A DNA stretch of 64,000 nt, taken from the NCBI GenBank assembly GCA_040954595.2, contig CM082580.2, positions 14,460,389 to 14,524,388 on the forward strand, given 5' to 3'. Position 1 is the first letter of the stretch. Each line of letters begins with the position of its first letter. The translations under genes were made by a program, and so were the position numbers. This document shows positions 1-11,800 of the stretch, in pieces. The notes under the pieces are model-generated. The model saw only the letters and a list, made by a program, of their open reading frames with translations. It was not told the origin of the DNA and did no database searches. The stretch is from Balanoglossus misakiensis. Taxonomy: Eukaryota > Animalia > Hemichordata.

Positions 1-2264
1 AACACCATCTCTTCATCTGTGAGAACTGACAAGATTGCTGACATCGTCTCGGTCTTGACTGGTATGATAAGGCAAGATGTCTTAAACTACACAAGTGATA
101 TCATTGACGCATCTGAGTTGGCTAAACTCTACCAGGAATACATCTCTGATCAGACTCCACAAGTCCTCAGCGTGACGGCCAATGATCCAGACAACCTGGA
201 TTTGGAGTTTAGTAATGGGGATACCATCACAGTAGAGTTTGACAGAGACACCAACAGCCCACTGGTAGAAACCAAGGAAGATCTTGATAGAATTCTCACA
301 TTTGATGCATCGCTGGGATTAGATTACACTGGCTTCTGGAGAACAGCAAAGAAACTGGAAATACTGATTGTAGATTCAACACACCATAGTCGTGACAAAC
401 GAGACTTGCAGAATATTTCATTCACTTTCACTCACAATACCCTGTACTCGGGACAAGAATTCACTGGTCAATATCCCTACCTGCCAACCACAAGACCCAA
501 CTGTGTGGGAGTGAATGTCTGCGGAGGAAACTCTAGTGCCCCCACAGTTGGCATCTGTAGTGAGGATGGCCTATCCTGTCGGGCAACTGGCACGTACTAC
601 ATTTCAGGGGGAAACTTTGGCACAGGAACAAAGGATTACAGACTATGGTGGATCATCCTTGGCCTGATAGCTTGCACGGTCTTCTTGGCTTTGGTGTTCA
701 TGTGCATGTACTGCTGTACAAAGAAGAAGAAAAAACCAAAGAGAGAAACAGAGGGGAAAATTGGCCAGTCTTCAGCAGACAAAGATACCTGGCCACAGAA
801 AGCACACAAAGAAGGCCAAACAGGACCAGGGCTGATACCTCCCATGATCCTCTTCAAACATCAGAGTAAGCGCCAGAAGGTAGTTGATGATGTCAGCAAA
901 GCAGAATACACCAAAGAAGAAGTCAATGTGGACATGAAAACACTGATCAACCATGACAAGGTAAATGTGAACTTAAAATTCTTGAATAATAATTTGAAAT
1001 TAAAAAAAAAAACTTAGAAAATATTTCTGCATAGGAGTAAATACATAAGACATCTAAAGTTTCATACTTCCATAACACACTGATTATGTTTTTATTTTTG
1101 CCAGAATGAAGACAAGGATAGCACAGATCTGTCGGTGTCTGCAATTTTTCCAGATCTGAGAACAGCCTTATTGTTACAACCAGCGTACAATAGCAGTCAA
1201 AGAGAAGTCAGTGACAATGAGTCTGTCCGTGACCCTCATTCTCCATCGAGACAAAAATTAAAAGAACAGCCAGAACATTTGGTGAGGCACACTTCAGAGA
1301 TAGATATGTCCATCCTGTCACATGATGACAATGTGATACCTTACTATAAAACCTGGCATCAGAGCAGTGTTGGCCAACCACCACCTGACTTTGAGACACC
1401 ACTGCAAACAGGCATGAACAGAAAGAATGTCAATTCAACACGCCATACAGAGCCACTGCATGCAGCATTGCTAGTTGGCCAACGCCACAACTCTCATCAC
1501 ACAGGAGGGTCCAGAGAAACCATTCAGAATATTTCAGTAGTGCCAAATCACAAGTCCCTGGATGCTGATCGTGGGACACCCATACACAGCAGATCAGCAA
1601 GTGTACCAGCGACTGCTAACACTGTGTCATCTGAGCCAGCAGTGGCAGAGGTTGCAGCCATGGACTTATCAACGCAGGATGCAAATCAAAGGAATTTACT
1701 GCAAAATCACTTGTGGGAACGGAATGTTACGCCCTCTCACGGAATCAAAATAGGAAATGGACACAGTGTGTTTTTGGGAGACTTGGACATTGAGAGAGAA
1801 GCAAAGAAGAGAGAACATACAAAAGGAAAACTGGATTCTGGGTTTTATCCTGTGGATGCCTACGAACTGTCATCTATTCACAGGTAAGAAACCATTAGTC
1901 TTGATGTTGAAATAGTCACATTTAGGGGGGGGGGGGGACATACTGCCTCACTCCCTATGGATATCACATACATGTAACAAATATCTGACTTGTGCCTGAA
2001 GTGCATTTCAAAATGAATCCTGATCAAAGCATAAATTCACCCAGCTCTCTATTAACACTCACAGCTCAAAAAGCATTTACATTGAACAAACATTACTTGT
2101 AGTCAATTGGTTTGTTTCATGTACACCCACTTCATCTGATGTAACACATATTTCTGTCTCTCCCTAGGGCAAACATGAATGGACACTCTATGTACAGTTC
2201 AGCTGACAATCTTCACAGTATCCTGGCAAGTAATGCAAGTCAGAAGGACACTTCTAAATTTTAA
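1..2264 (+). CDS. Uncharacterised single-pass membrane protein, 5'-truncated by the window edge. Exons <1-960, 1105-1883, 2168-2264.
   Basis: Frame 1 is open from base 1. Splice sites: AAG|GTAAAT at 960/961, TTTGCCAG| at 1104, CAG|GTAAG at 1883/1884, CCCTAG| at 2167; stop TAA at 2262-2264; phases match. The protein has an ectodomain, a Cys-rich linker, a hydrophobic segment WWIILGLIACTVFLALVFMCMYCC followed by TKKKKKPKR, and a long Ser/Thr/His-rich tail ending ...KDTSKF. Confidence 0.8.
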
Positions 2265-3078
2265 TTAAGGTTACTACTGTACACACAGCCTTTAAAGGGA
2301 CACGATCAATGACAAAACTAATTTTACTGGTTGTCCACTGCAAAAACTGTGATAGTTGAGAGATGTCCTGAGCAACATGTACATCCATTAACAACACTGA
2401 GGAATTTGCAATCAACACATGACTGACAGCTACATCATACTAGTATATTGCTGCAAACGTTCTACCACATTGTGCAAGTCAGATTTACAACCAGCTTCCT
2501 TGGTCTGTTAACAATACTATTTGGAATGTACTTGTATCATTATCATACTTTTTTAAGAAAGGGAAACAAAATGTGAATCCAAGTGAAGAACATTTACAAA
2601 GTATCAGTATATGCAATGCAATAAACAGACCACTTTTATACCATGTCTATCTTAACAGCATTAAACATAAACAGCCTTTGAAAATAAGCCAATGATGACA
2701 GATATTCCTTTTCCAGTACTTAGGTCATTCTCGCTGCATTTAATTTGATTGAACACTGTCAATGTATTTAATGGGACAATATTCCCAGACTGCATGACAA
2801 ACTGCATTTATATCCAATATGCATGTGTGTGTCATATTTGACTGTGTATGACTGACTATGAGATGTGTATATTTTTAAGTTGGCCACAAAAAAATCAAAT
2901 TTCATGAATTTAAACCAAAGACAAAATATACATGTTCACATTGCAGCTTATTATTACTGACTGCACCAATACATGCAAGTTTATGTGGCAAATATTTTAT
3001 AAATATGGATATTCTTGAAGAAATGATTATAAATATTTAAACGAACTGACTTGACTTTTAAAAGACAGAACAAATGTA

Positions 3079-3084
3079 AATAAA
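3079..3084 (+). terminator. Candidate polyadenylation signal of the membrane-protein gene; another AATAAA lies at 2620-2625
   Basis: AATAAA downstream of the stop at 2264, followed by T-rich sequence. Confidence 0.4.
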
Positions 3085-3531
3085 CTAGTGTTGAAAATTT
3101 TTTGGAGCCATATTGAATTATTCTCTTCGTAAAACGCTCGAAATTTCCTGACTAATTCTCTCCACAGTCCCTTCTATCTTTGCCCTGGCCACTTTGTGAC
3201 TGACATCCTTTCAAACTAAATGAACATAGAAATTTATGTATACCTACATGTATGTATGCATGCAATTGTCCATCTGCATGAGTACCATTTATCACATGAC
3301 TTCTTCAGTGTTTGGCCTCCAGGGAACACTGCAATGTAACATCTGGTAAGCATGTCTCCTTCAGGGAACCCACGTTTATCTAGAAGAGTAGCAAGTACAT
3401 CACAGTCTTCAGAAACTACCACACTGATAATGAAAGACACCAACCCAGTATCCAGATTTAAAGTAGCCATTAAACTAAAAGGAATGATTTCTTCACACAC
3501 AGCTGATTCGGTTAAAAAAAATATTGCTTTG

Positions 3532-3537
3532 TTTATT
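3532..3537 (-). terminator. Candidate polyadenylation signal of CNOT9
   Basis: TTTATT on + (AATAAA on -) about 1.2 kb downstream of the CNOT9 stop. Confidence 0.35.
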
Positions 3538-4724
3538 TCTCAAAAGAAATTTCACAGAACTTCTGAAAAAATGCGATTACAACAAAGGTTCACATAATAC
3601 TCTTCCCTTTCAGAGAGTCAATTTCTAATGTCTGACCTTGACAAGGTATGGCTGAAAAATCCAAACTGTTAGAGGCAGTGTCTTTTGGGAAGATTCTCCA
3701 ACTAGGAGTCAAATGCCACATGGTTTACATCAATACAAGTCAAATTCATGCATATGTGTTCATTTACAACACAAGATACTGGTTATCAAAGGTTTCATGA
3801 AAAAACTGAAAGTGGTTAAACTTATCGGTTTATCCACCTTGCCTTCAGGCAACAACATCATGAAATGATGGTGTAACAGTAAGCTATCAGATGCCAACTC
3901 TTCGAGGGGGCACTCCTCTCAAAATGGTAAGATGGGAGAGGTACATTTTTCTGTTTAAAAATCTGCTGCTTGTACCAGTACATCAAGATCATGACAATAA
4001 ATTCAAGTACAGATGTTGGATGTATATGATTTTGGGGTCAATTTTGTGTATAAGCTCAATTCGCCACAGTTTAGAAAACAGCGAGCGCCCTCTTGAGGCT
4101 TGAGAAAAGATGCTGTGAAGAATGGCAACACTTGTACATCATGTATCATGTACATCTACATCTCTGTGGTAAAATCAGTGACTGTGCATTGAAATTCTCT
4201 TGGTATTTACAGACAAGATGCCACTTTGTCAAAAAAGCAAGAACATATTCACCCGACCCTAGATGTGTACATGTATTGCACTGCATCCAAAAACTTATAC
4301 ACATTTATCAGTCAAATTCAGACTGAACATTGTTCAAATCATAAGAAAATTGTGAGTTCACCCTGGTGTTCAAGGCTTACTTTTTAAAAACAATTATTCA
4401 ACAAAAAAAATACAATCATTGTGAATTGAATGTGAAAGGGGCTTGCAAAGTTTTTATGTGTGTATGAACAAAGAGAAAGTTCAAAAAAAATTCCTTGAGA
4501 TTGGTATCCCATGTCATGTTCACAAGAGTACTTGTAACGTTCACAGCACATGTTCACAGACTTAGAAGAATGCATTTGGTGTTCTGGTAGGGATCCTTGA
4601 GTATAGATTGAAGACATCAAACACATCATATCTACATCCAGTTGTCATCGTACCACATCAATGCTCCACAACCAGTAGTGGAATCCTACCTTCAGCCAAG
4701 ATGCCTCCTCCTGTTCTATCATTG

Positions 4725-7580
4725 TCATTGGGTTGGCAGTGGGATGCCCCCTGGGGCTGCAACGCTGGTGTCTGTCAGGTTTTTGATCAGCTGTGCCAGC
4801 CAACGTTTGGTTGAGTTATCGTCTTTGAGGACAGCTGCAAAGGTGGTGTCCTTCAGCTGGTCTGGAAGACATTGGCGTAGAGCTTCCCTAGCCCTAGAAA
4901 CAAATCATCAATTGATTTACAATAAGAATGCATACATTGACCTATTAAATCTATTTTCTTAATAATTCTCTCCTTGTAATTTTGGCGACTGTGGTCTTGC
5001 TTCTGTCTTATGCTTTTGTGTTTGACTTGGATAAATCCAATTGTCCTTCATCGGTTTATCAGTACTTTGCTAATCAGAGCTTGTGCTAAAAAATACCTAG
5101 GAAATATTTGCTTTGTCGGTTTGTAGTGGCACATTTGTGGGGGAAACACCACTACTGCACAGACACTTTCAATGTTAGCTGAGCTTACCTTGGATTGTCT
5201 GACAGCCTCAAATAACATCTGACAACATGTTTTAAAAGTCTAGCTGATGGCTCTTTGGCTAACTGTAAGACCATCTTTCCCTGCAAAGAAACATATTATG
5301 ATTTACATTTAGATTTATATAAACCATGACAGAAAGACAGAGAGAGACATGCATGCTAAATCATTTGACCGCATAAAATCACGCACAGGTTGTATTTACT
5401 CTTGATTTATCCAAACAAATGGAAAACTCACCAAAATCATGGCTACATGTGAAAACCTTTCATAGGTTTGACAAATGTAGGACAAACCAGTTTCATCCAA
5501 CAAGATTTTTTGTAGAATAAATGTTGCAACCTAAAAGCAAAGAGAAAACAACAGAACAATTGAAACAAGACATCACTTTTATGTCAGAGTTGCCATTTTT
5601 AGCCGATTCCAATTGTTATTTCTTCAATTTGTTACATCAAAGTTAATGATGACAATACTCACTGTTTTTGATAGTTCACTCCCACTTTCCATGATTCGTA
5701 AACACAGAGGAATTATTTCAGTGGTGAGCAGAAAAGTGATCACATCTTGTTCATCCGTCTGCAAAAGAACAAGGACAAAATCATTTGACAGCCAGAACAA
5801 AAACAAGCACACAAACTTTGTTCTGCATGTAAATCAGAGGCAGTGAATGGTTGATGATTTACAATACACATAGTTTATATGGAATCAAAGTACTTATTTC
5901 CACATTTCATTTCAATTGTGTTTCAGTTGCTTACCTTGACCAACGCTCCAATCACACCCAAACTTGTTAACCTAAGATACTCAAAGGGTCGAGTTTTACT
6001 GACTGTGTGAAGAAATGGGTACAGGAACAATGGGATGTGGGCTGAAACACAAGAATAAACAAACACATTTATTAAATGGAGAGTAAAAGCTTAAATGCAC
6101 AGTACATGTACAATGCAGGTCTCTCAGACTAGTTACCAATGAATGTGCACTTACCTTGAAGAAATGCTGATCTAGTTTCAGGATGAGATGCCACACATTG
6201 AAGTAATGCCAAAGCATTGCAGACACGATTTGACTGATGTGCCTGAAAATTAATGGACACACACATACGTATTACATTTAGTATAGTACCTGTACTAGAG
6301 TACACGTGTACATGCAACATTGTAAATCTTCTATCAGTTACCGGTATAGTCAAGAATGTCGAGAAGAGGTACACATCTTTGTTTCTCTAGTCAAGTGTTA
6401 ATGTTAAATTGATTTGATATATTTGGTGGTTCCTGTCTTTATATTCAACTTTTACAGACATTTCATTTTCAAGTTTGTCTGGTTGTTGAAGGTACATCAG
6501 TGACAAAACTGTGCTACTTACTGTAAGATGAGGTGGGTTAATGTACGGGTAAATATTGACAATCTCTTGAAGTAATGCAGCAACTGTACCAAATGAATGC
6601 CATAGCATTGGTGCCAAGTCTGGTACCACTTCCCTCTTTTTACTGGAAAAGAAATATCACGTTAAAAATACCACACATATATCAGTGATTGGGAAGTCTG
6701 AAATCATCAATGTGACAATGCCCCCCCCCACCCTATAAACAGCACAAAATACACACAATTGGGTTGCTTTTGAATCTACATGTAAACCTTGGACATCACA
6801 ATGAACAGACCTGAGCCTCCCCTTCAAGTTCACTGTCATCATCATGTAAAGCTGTGCTTCCACAACACAGCTTCATGTACAAAATCTTCATGATATGATA
6901 GACCAGTCACTCCACACTCTGGGTTAACTTTACCTCAATTCCAATAAGGCATTCTCCCTTGTTTCTGGATTAGACAGTTCCACAATCCATTGATAAATTT
7001 TTTCTCTGTCAACCTGAGCCATGGCAGCTGTCACTGCTGGGGTGGGTAACGGATTGCCAATTCTCTGTCACCAACGAAATACACAGATGATGATAAATCA
7101 TAGGGGTCAAGTTGGGGGTTAGTGCAGGTACATGTATATATGTCATGGGTAGACAATGCTGTTGATGTGTGTTACATCAATACATTTCTACACATGTACG
7201 TGGTCATTTTCAGGGCGCTGAGTGTGGATGGGTATCATCACACACTTTACACAATACTAGTGACTTACATGAATTGAATTTACAGAATCACTGGTAATAT
7301 AGTAATTTAAAGGGACATTAGCTGTAACTTTTGGCTATATTCTCTATGTTTTTTATTCTGTAGATCGGATCAGCTTTAGTTTCTTGGCCCACTCCCTGTG
7401 TCATGCTAAACTCACTACGATTCTGCTTGTCAACACATGACTGCCAAATCGAAGTACTAAAACTTGCCGACGAATTTGGGCCATTGAAAAAGTTCATCCT
7501 TATCAATGCATTGCACCACAGCCTGCATTAACATATACACAATAATGTACACTTACCGGCTGAGCTGCTAAGGCGTGCAT
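4725..7580 (-). CDS. CNOT9: CCR4-NOT complex subunit 9 (RCD1/RQCD1/CAF40), 308 aa. Coding exons 7580-7557, 7064-6934, 6642-6522, 6242-6155, 6041-5935, 5758-5663, 5530-5432, 5280-5189, 4893-4725.
   Basis: Spliced translation [14 protein letters not shown]...[61 protein letters not shown]...[65 protein letters not shown]...[27 protein letters not shown]...GIPLPTQ* is near-identical to the CNOT9 family. All introns are GT-AG; total 927 nt. Confidence 0.98.
7307..7440 (+). mobile_element. Terminal fragment of a TTAA-targeting non-autonomous DNA transposon (Kolobok-like) in CNOT9 intron 1
   Basis: TTAA|AGGGACATTAGCTGTAACTT...TTTCTTG...CTTGTCAACA aligns over about 130 nt with the reverse complement of 63425-63541 (TTAA|AGAGACATTAGCTGTAACTT...). 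Confidence 0.6.
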
Positions 7581-7999
7581 TTCCGGAAAATCTTGGCGGC
7601 TTTTATACGAGAGTATTTGCAAATGAAGTTACAGAAAACAATATGGTTGCTGAAGTTGTTGTTTTCCGTTTGGTATTTCTCTACTCCAACAAAGGACAAA
7701 GGTCGTGGACGTACGTTGGTCTTAAATACTAAGTAAGGATAAAACACGTCGGCAAAACTGTGCAACAATTTAAATTGAAGTTTAAGGCGATCACTTTTCC
7801 GAGAAAAGTCACCTGTATTCCGTTTTAACACGCTATACTTTTTTTTGAATGATTCATTGTTGTCAAACAGTGCGCATGCGTCTTATCTTTGTTGTCATCT
7901 CAGTGATCGAGGACGTACCTAGATCTGTACTGAATTTTCCCGGTATTTTCACCTTATCATCATGATTTTTCTACGAACACTAGGACGGCAATAAGACAG
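7581..7999. promoter_or_regulatory. Bidirectional CpG-rich promoter region shared by CNOT9 (-) and ATG9A (+), with an NRF1-type site at 7871-7880 and the probable non-coding first exon of ATG9A ending at 7999
   Basis: Divergent gene starts. CpG is locally abundant (about 7400-8450) within otherwise CpG-poor DNA. TGCGCATGCG at 7871-7880. Donor CAG|GTAAAG at 7999/8000 can join the acceptor TTTCAATTTAG| at 8736, upstream of the ATG9A ATG. Confidence 0.7.
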
Positions 8000-8809
8000 G
8001 TAAAGCCTTTTCCGTTAAGTAATTTTGAAATTTCGCCTAGATCCATACACAAGACCCAAAGGAATCATAAGTGCGTCAGAGGGGTCCGTCAGAGGTACCA
8101 GCTGACATTGTTGTCATCATGATCGGGACGGCCCCGTAAATACAGCGTCTTCTCTGACCTTGTTATTGGCCTGATAATAATCACAAACATGTAGAAAGAA
8201 GCTATTTGCATCGATTCTATCATGGTGAATAGAATGCCACAGGTCGATCGAATAACCCGAATTGATCCCGTAAATACGGAACCGTGTTGGCGGTCCTGTT
8301 GAAAGACTGTCGGTTCATCCATTTTGATTGCATTTCCATTGCGATCACGATTTCCATTGGTGACCGATTGCATCACAGTTAGGATTACAGTCTAGCCGGT
8401 GACTCATCCACACGTCTTAGAAATAATAAAGTAATAAGGCGTATAAAGAAGAAATGTTTACTGTTTTCATCAAGTGAAACCACTTATCACAATGAGAAGT
8501 GATTGTTTGACACCACAATACAATTATGCAAATTACTGTTGATTGCATATAACTGTTGCTTACCATTTATATAGTGGAGGTTACCCACCTAGTATCATGC
8601 AAATTTATTGAAAATAATTCCTGTATTGCAGGGCCATTGGAATTACAAGGACACTCAGATGACCAGTGATTTCTAGGTAATCCTAATAAGTACCAGTACA
8701 CTGAAAATTGATTTTTTCTTTTCATTTTCAATTTAGGTTGCGGGTCAAAAAAATTGTAGCAGTGTTGGTGTAGTGGAGCCAACCATTAGAGGGAGGCTTG
8801 GAGGGGAAG

Positions 8810-11800
8810 ATGGCCACCTTAGAGACAAGTTACAGGCGGCTTGATTCATATTATGATGAAGAGACAGAGTTACCCCCAGATGAAAGAGATGTTATGGTCC
8901 ATGTCAGTGACAATACAAAATGTAAGTTAAAAAAGTTACTCAGAGATACAATTACATGTATCATCATTCCCAGACAGATTTTGACTGTCAACACCTGAAA
9001 CGTTTTTTATCATTCTATTTTTTGAAAACAACAAAAGCAATTAGATTAAATGAGAGGGGGTCTAAAGTCTACATTTTAAACCAAAGTCTACATTTTAAAT
9101 TTAGATTTCATAGAAGTGTTATATTTTCATATTACAGCCAAATGGAACCACATTGAAAATTTGGATGAGTTTTTCACCAGAGTATATCACTACCATCAGA
9201 AACATGGCTTCTCATGTATGATGTTTGCGGAGATCTTTGAGCTAATGTAAGTTTCAAGTATCATCCAACAAAATGTTCTAGCTTTGAACAAAATGAATGT
9301 ACAAGTTACATATTAAAACTGCAGCTGGCTGTGTGTAGAGGCATATTGATGAATCAGCATAATTCTCATGGGAAGTGATGCTGATTAGAATAATTGTATG
9401 GTTGAATGAACAGCCATGTTTGGCACACTAAGTCACCATCTAAAAATCTACATTTGTACAGATTTAAAGTAGTTCTAGTAAAAAATTAAAAATGGCACAA
9501 TTTCTACACTGTCCACAGATTTTTTGTTTATTTAAAAAAAAGGCAAAAGACATAGCCCAAATGATGTTTGATGTATGTGCGTCACAGTAAATAAAATATA
9601 CAACTGGAAAGCAGGTTGTCATAGCATTAAGGTAATCATGTGACAGTCATGTGAGGTGACACATCTGCCATGAGCATTTACAAATTATAGAGGGGCCTGT
9701 GTTTTGAGAGGTAAAGATTGTCCGTAAACCTTAACTTGTACATGTATGTACATTTTAATGGATGATAATTTTTTTTTTCTGCCTGCAGTCAGTTTGTGTT
9801 TGTTGTACTATTCTCAACATTTCTCCTGCAATGTGTGGACTACATGGTCTTGTTTGGAGAGAAGAGGGTCAACACCACTTCACCCATGGGTAAAGTCACC
9901 ATCGGTGATGCCATTGTGCCACTGGATCAGTGCACTAGCAAGTAAGATATTGTCTCTGTGTTGATATGTTTTACTACCACATCTTTGTATGTTCCGAAAC
10001 CAGAGCTTATTAATGTGGGGTAAAATTCACCAGAAAAACATCAGAATTTAACTTACTAGTTCTAATTTCGAGTAGTTTTAGTAATATTTATTGGTAATTG
10101 CTCTTTTTAGGAAAATCATCAATATTGGTTAAAAATGCCTTTCTTACATGTAATCTGTATTGTGCACTGAGTCATATATGTTACAGACATATGTTTTGAT
10201 TCATACCTTATTATTATTTTACATTTCTTGATATAGTCTAGATCCTATCATCATAATCTGTTTGCTGATTGCTGGCATATTCTGGTTACTGAGATTGGTC
10301 AAAGTGGTCTACCATTTCTTCCAATTCTGGGAAATCAGATCTTTCTACACAACTGCCCTGAAGATCAGTGCAGTAAGTATGCATACACAGGCGACCTTCT
10401 ATCTCTGACAAGGTCACCATCTGCTCCAGTTTTCTGACATTGCATAGTAGTTTTGGTCAAGTGTATTTGTGTATCCGTAACATTGCTATATTTGCATCAG
10501 AGGCAAACAGCAGGAAGTTTACCCTATGAAAACAGTCAAGGGTCAACTACGTCGTTGTGCATCCACATTGTTACACATCACACCATGATTATCACTGTTT
10601 TCATAAATACATTTATTTTGACACCTTTATGTGAATTGCTGGAGATGGCATTCTTGCTAAATGAGACCAGTAGACCCATTTACAATCTATGACTAAACCT
10701 GCTATACACTCTTCAGGTTTTTCCCCTTTAAATTTTTTAATGAGCAAAATGTAACAGATGTGTTTTTGATTGCACAGAATGAACTGCCTAACACCACCTG
10801 GCATGAAGTGTTAAAAAAAGTACAACTTGTGCAGAAGGAAGAACAGATGTGTATACACAAAGCTGAGCTGACTGAGTTGGGTATGTTGGTTCTCACAATC
10901 ATTGCATACAACTTTGAGTGTCTTGTCAAAACTGCTTGTAAAATCATATTCTGTTTTTTTTTTGTCCAAGAGGAGTCTTCTGGAAGTATCAGGAGGTTCA
11001 CTCTTGTAAGATTTGTTGAACAGACAATGTCGTAATGTCTTGTTGATTATGCACAAATTGAAAAAAAGACCATATTGACCACTAAAAGACAGAATTTCCA
11101 TCAAGAAGTGATTTTAATTTCTAAATCATGTATTTTGTCTCTAGATATTTACCATAGGATATTAAGATTTAAGAATTACATGGTTGCTATGATCAACAAG
11201 TCACTAATACCAGTCAATATATTCCTCCCATTCCATGGAGATGTGTAAGTATTTTATTTGTATGTTTTGTAATCTTTAACATGTGTGGCCATTGCACTAG
11301 TGTGATGTCTCTGTATATAAATCTTAGACAAAACAAAATGGCTTTTTGCAGCTGTTTGTAAATTGATGATTGTAATCGCTATGTTTTTGTCAACATGAGG
11401 TACTGTGTGTGCCTATATTCTAAGACAAGTCTTATATTGTCTGATTTTAAATTTCCATTCTAATTTGTTGACAGTTATTAAATTATGCTCACATGTGTTC
11501 ACATTTTCCAGGGTGTTTCTTACCAACGGTTACAAGTACAATCTGGAGATGATCTTGTTCTGTAAGTACCTTGTAGTCAAAGTTTTAGGTGTGTGAAATT
11601 CTCAGGTTGCCTGCAATCTTTTAGGACACAACAAAAGTGGTATTGCTGTGATCACATCTTTGACAAAGTCATGCCTTTGTTGTCTTTTGAATGTCAATTA
11701 TATTTTATAAATGATTCTGTTTGACTCACACCCCTCTGATTTAACTGCAGGGGGTCCTTGGTCTCCATTTGAAAATAAATGGCATTTACAAGAGGATTAT

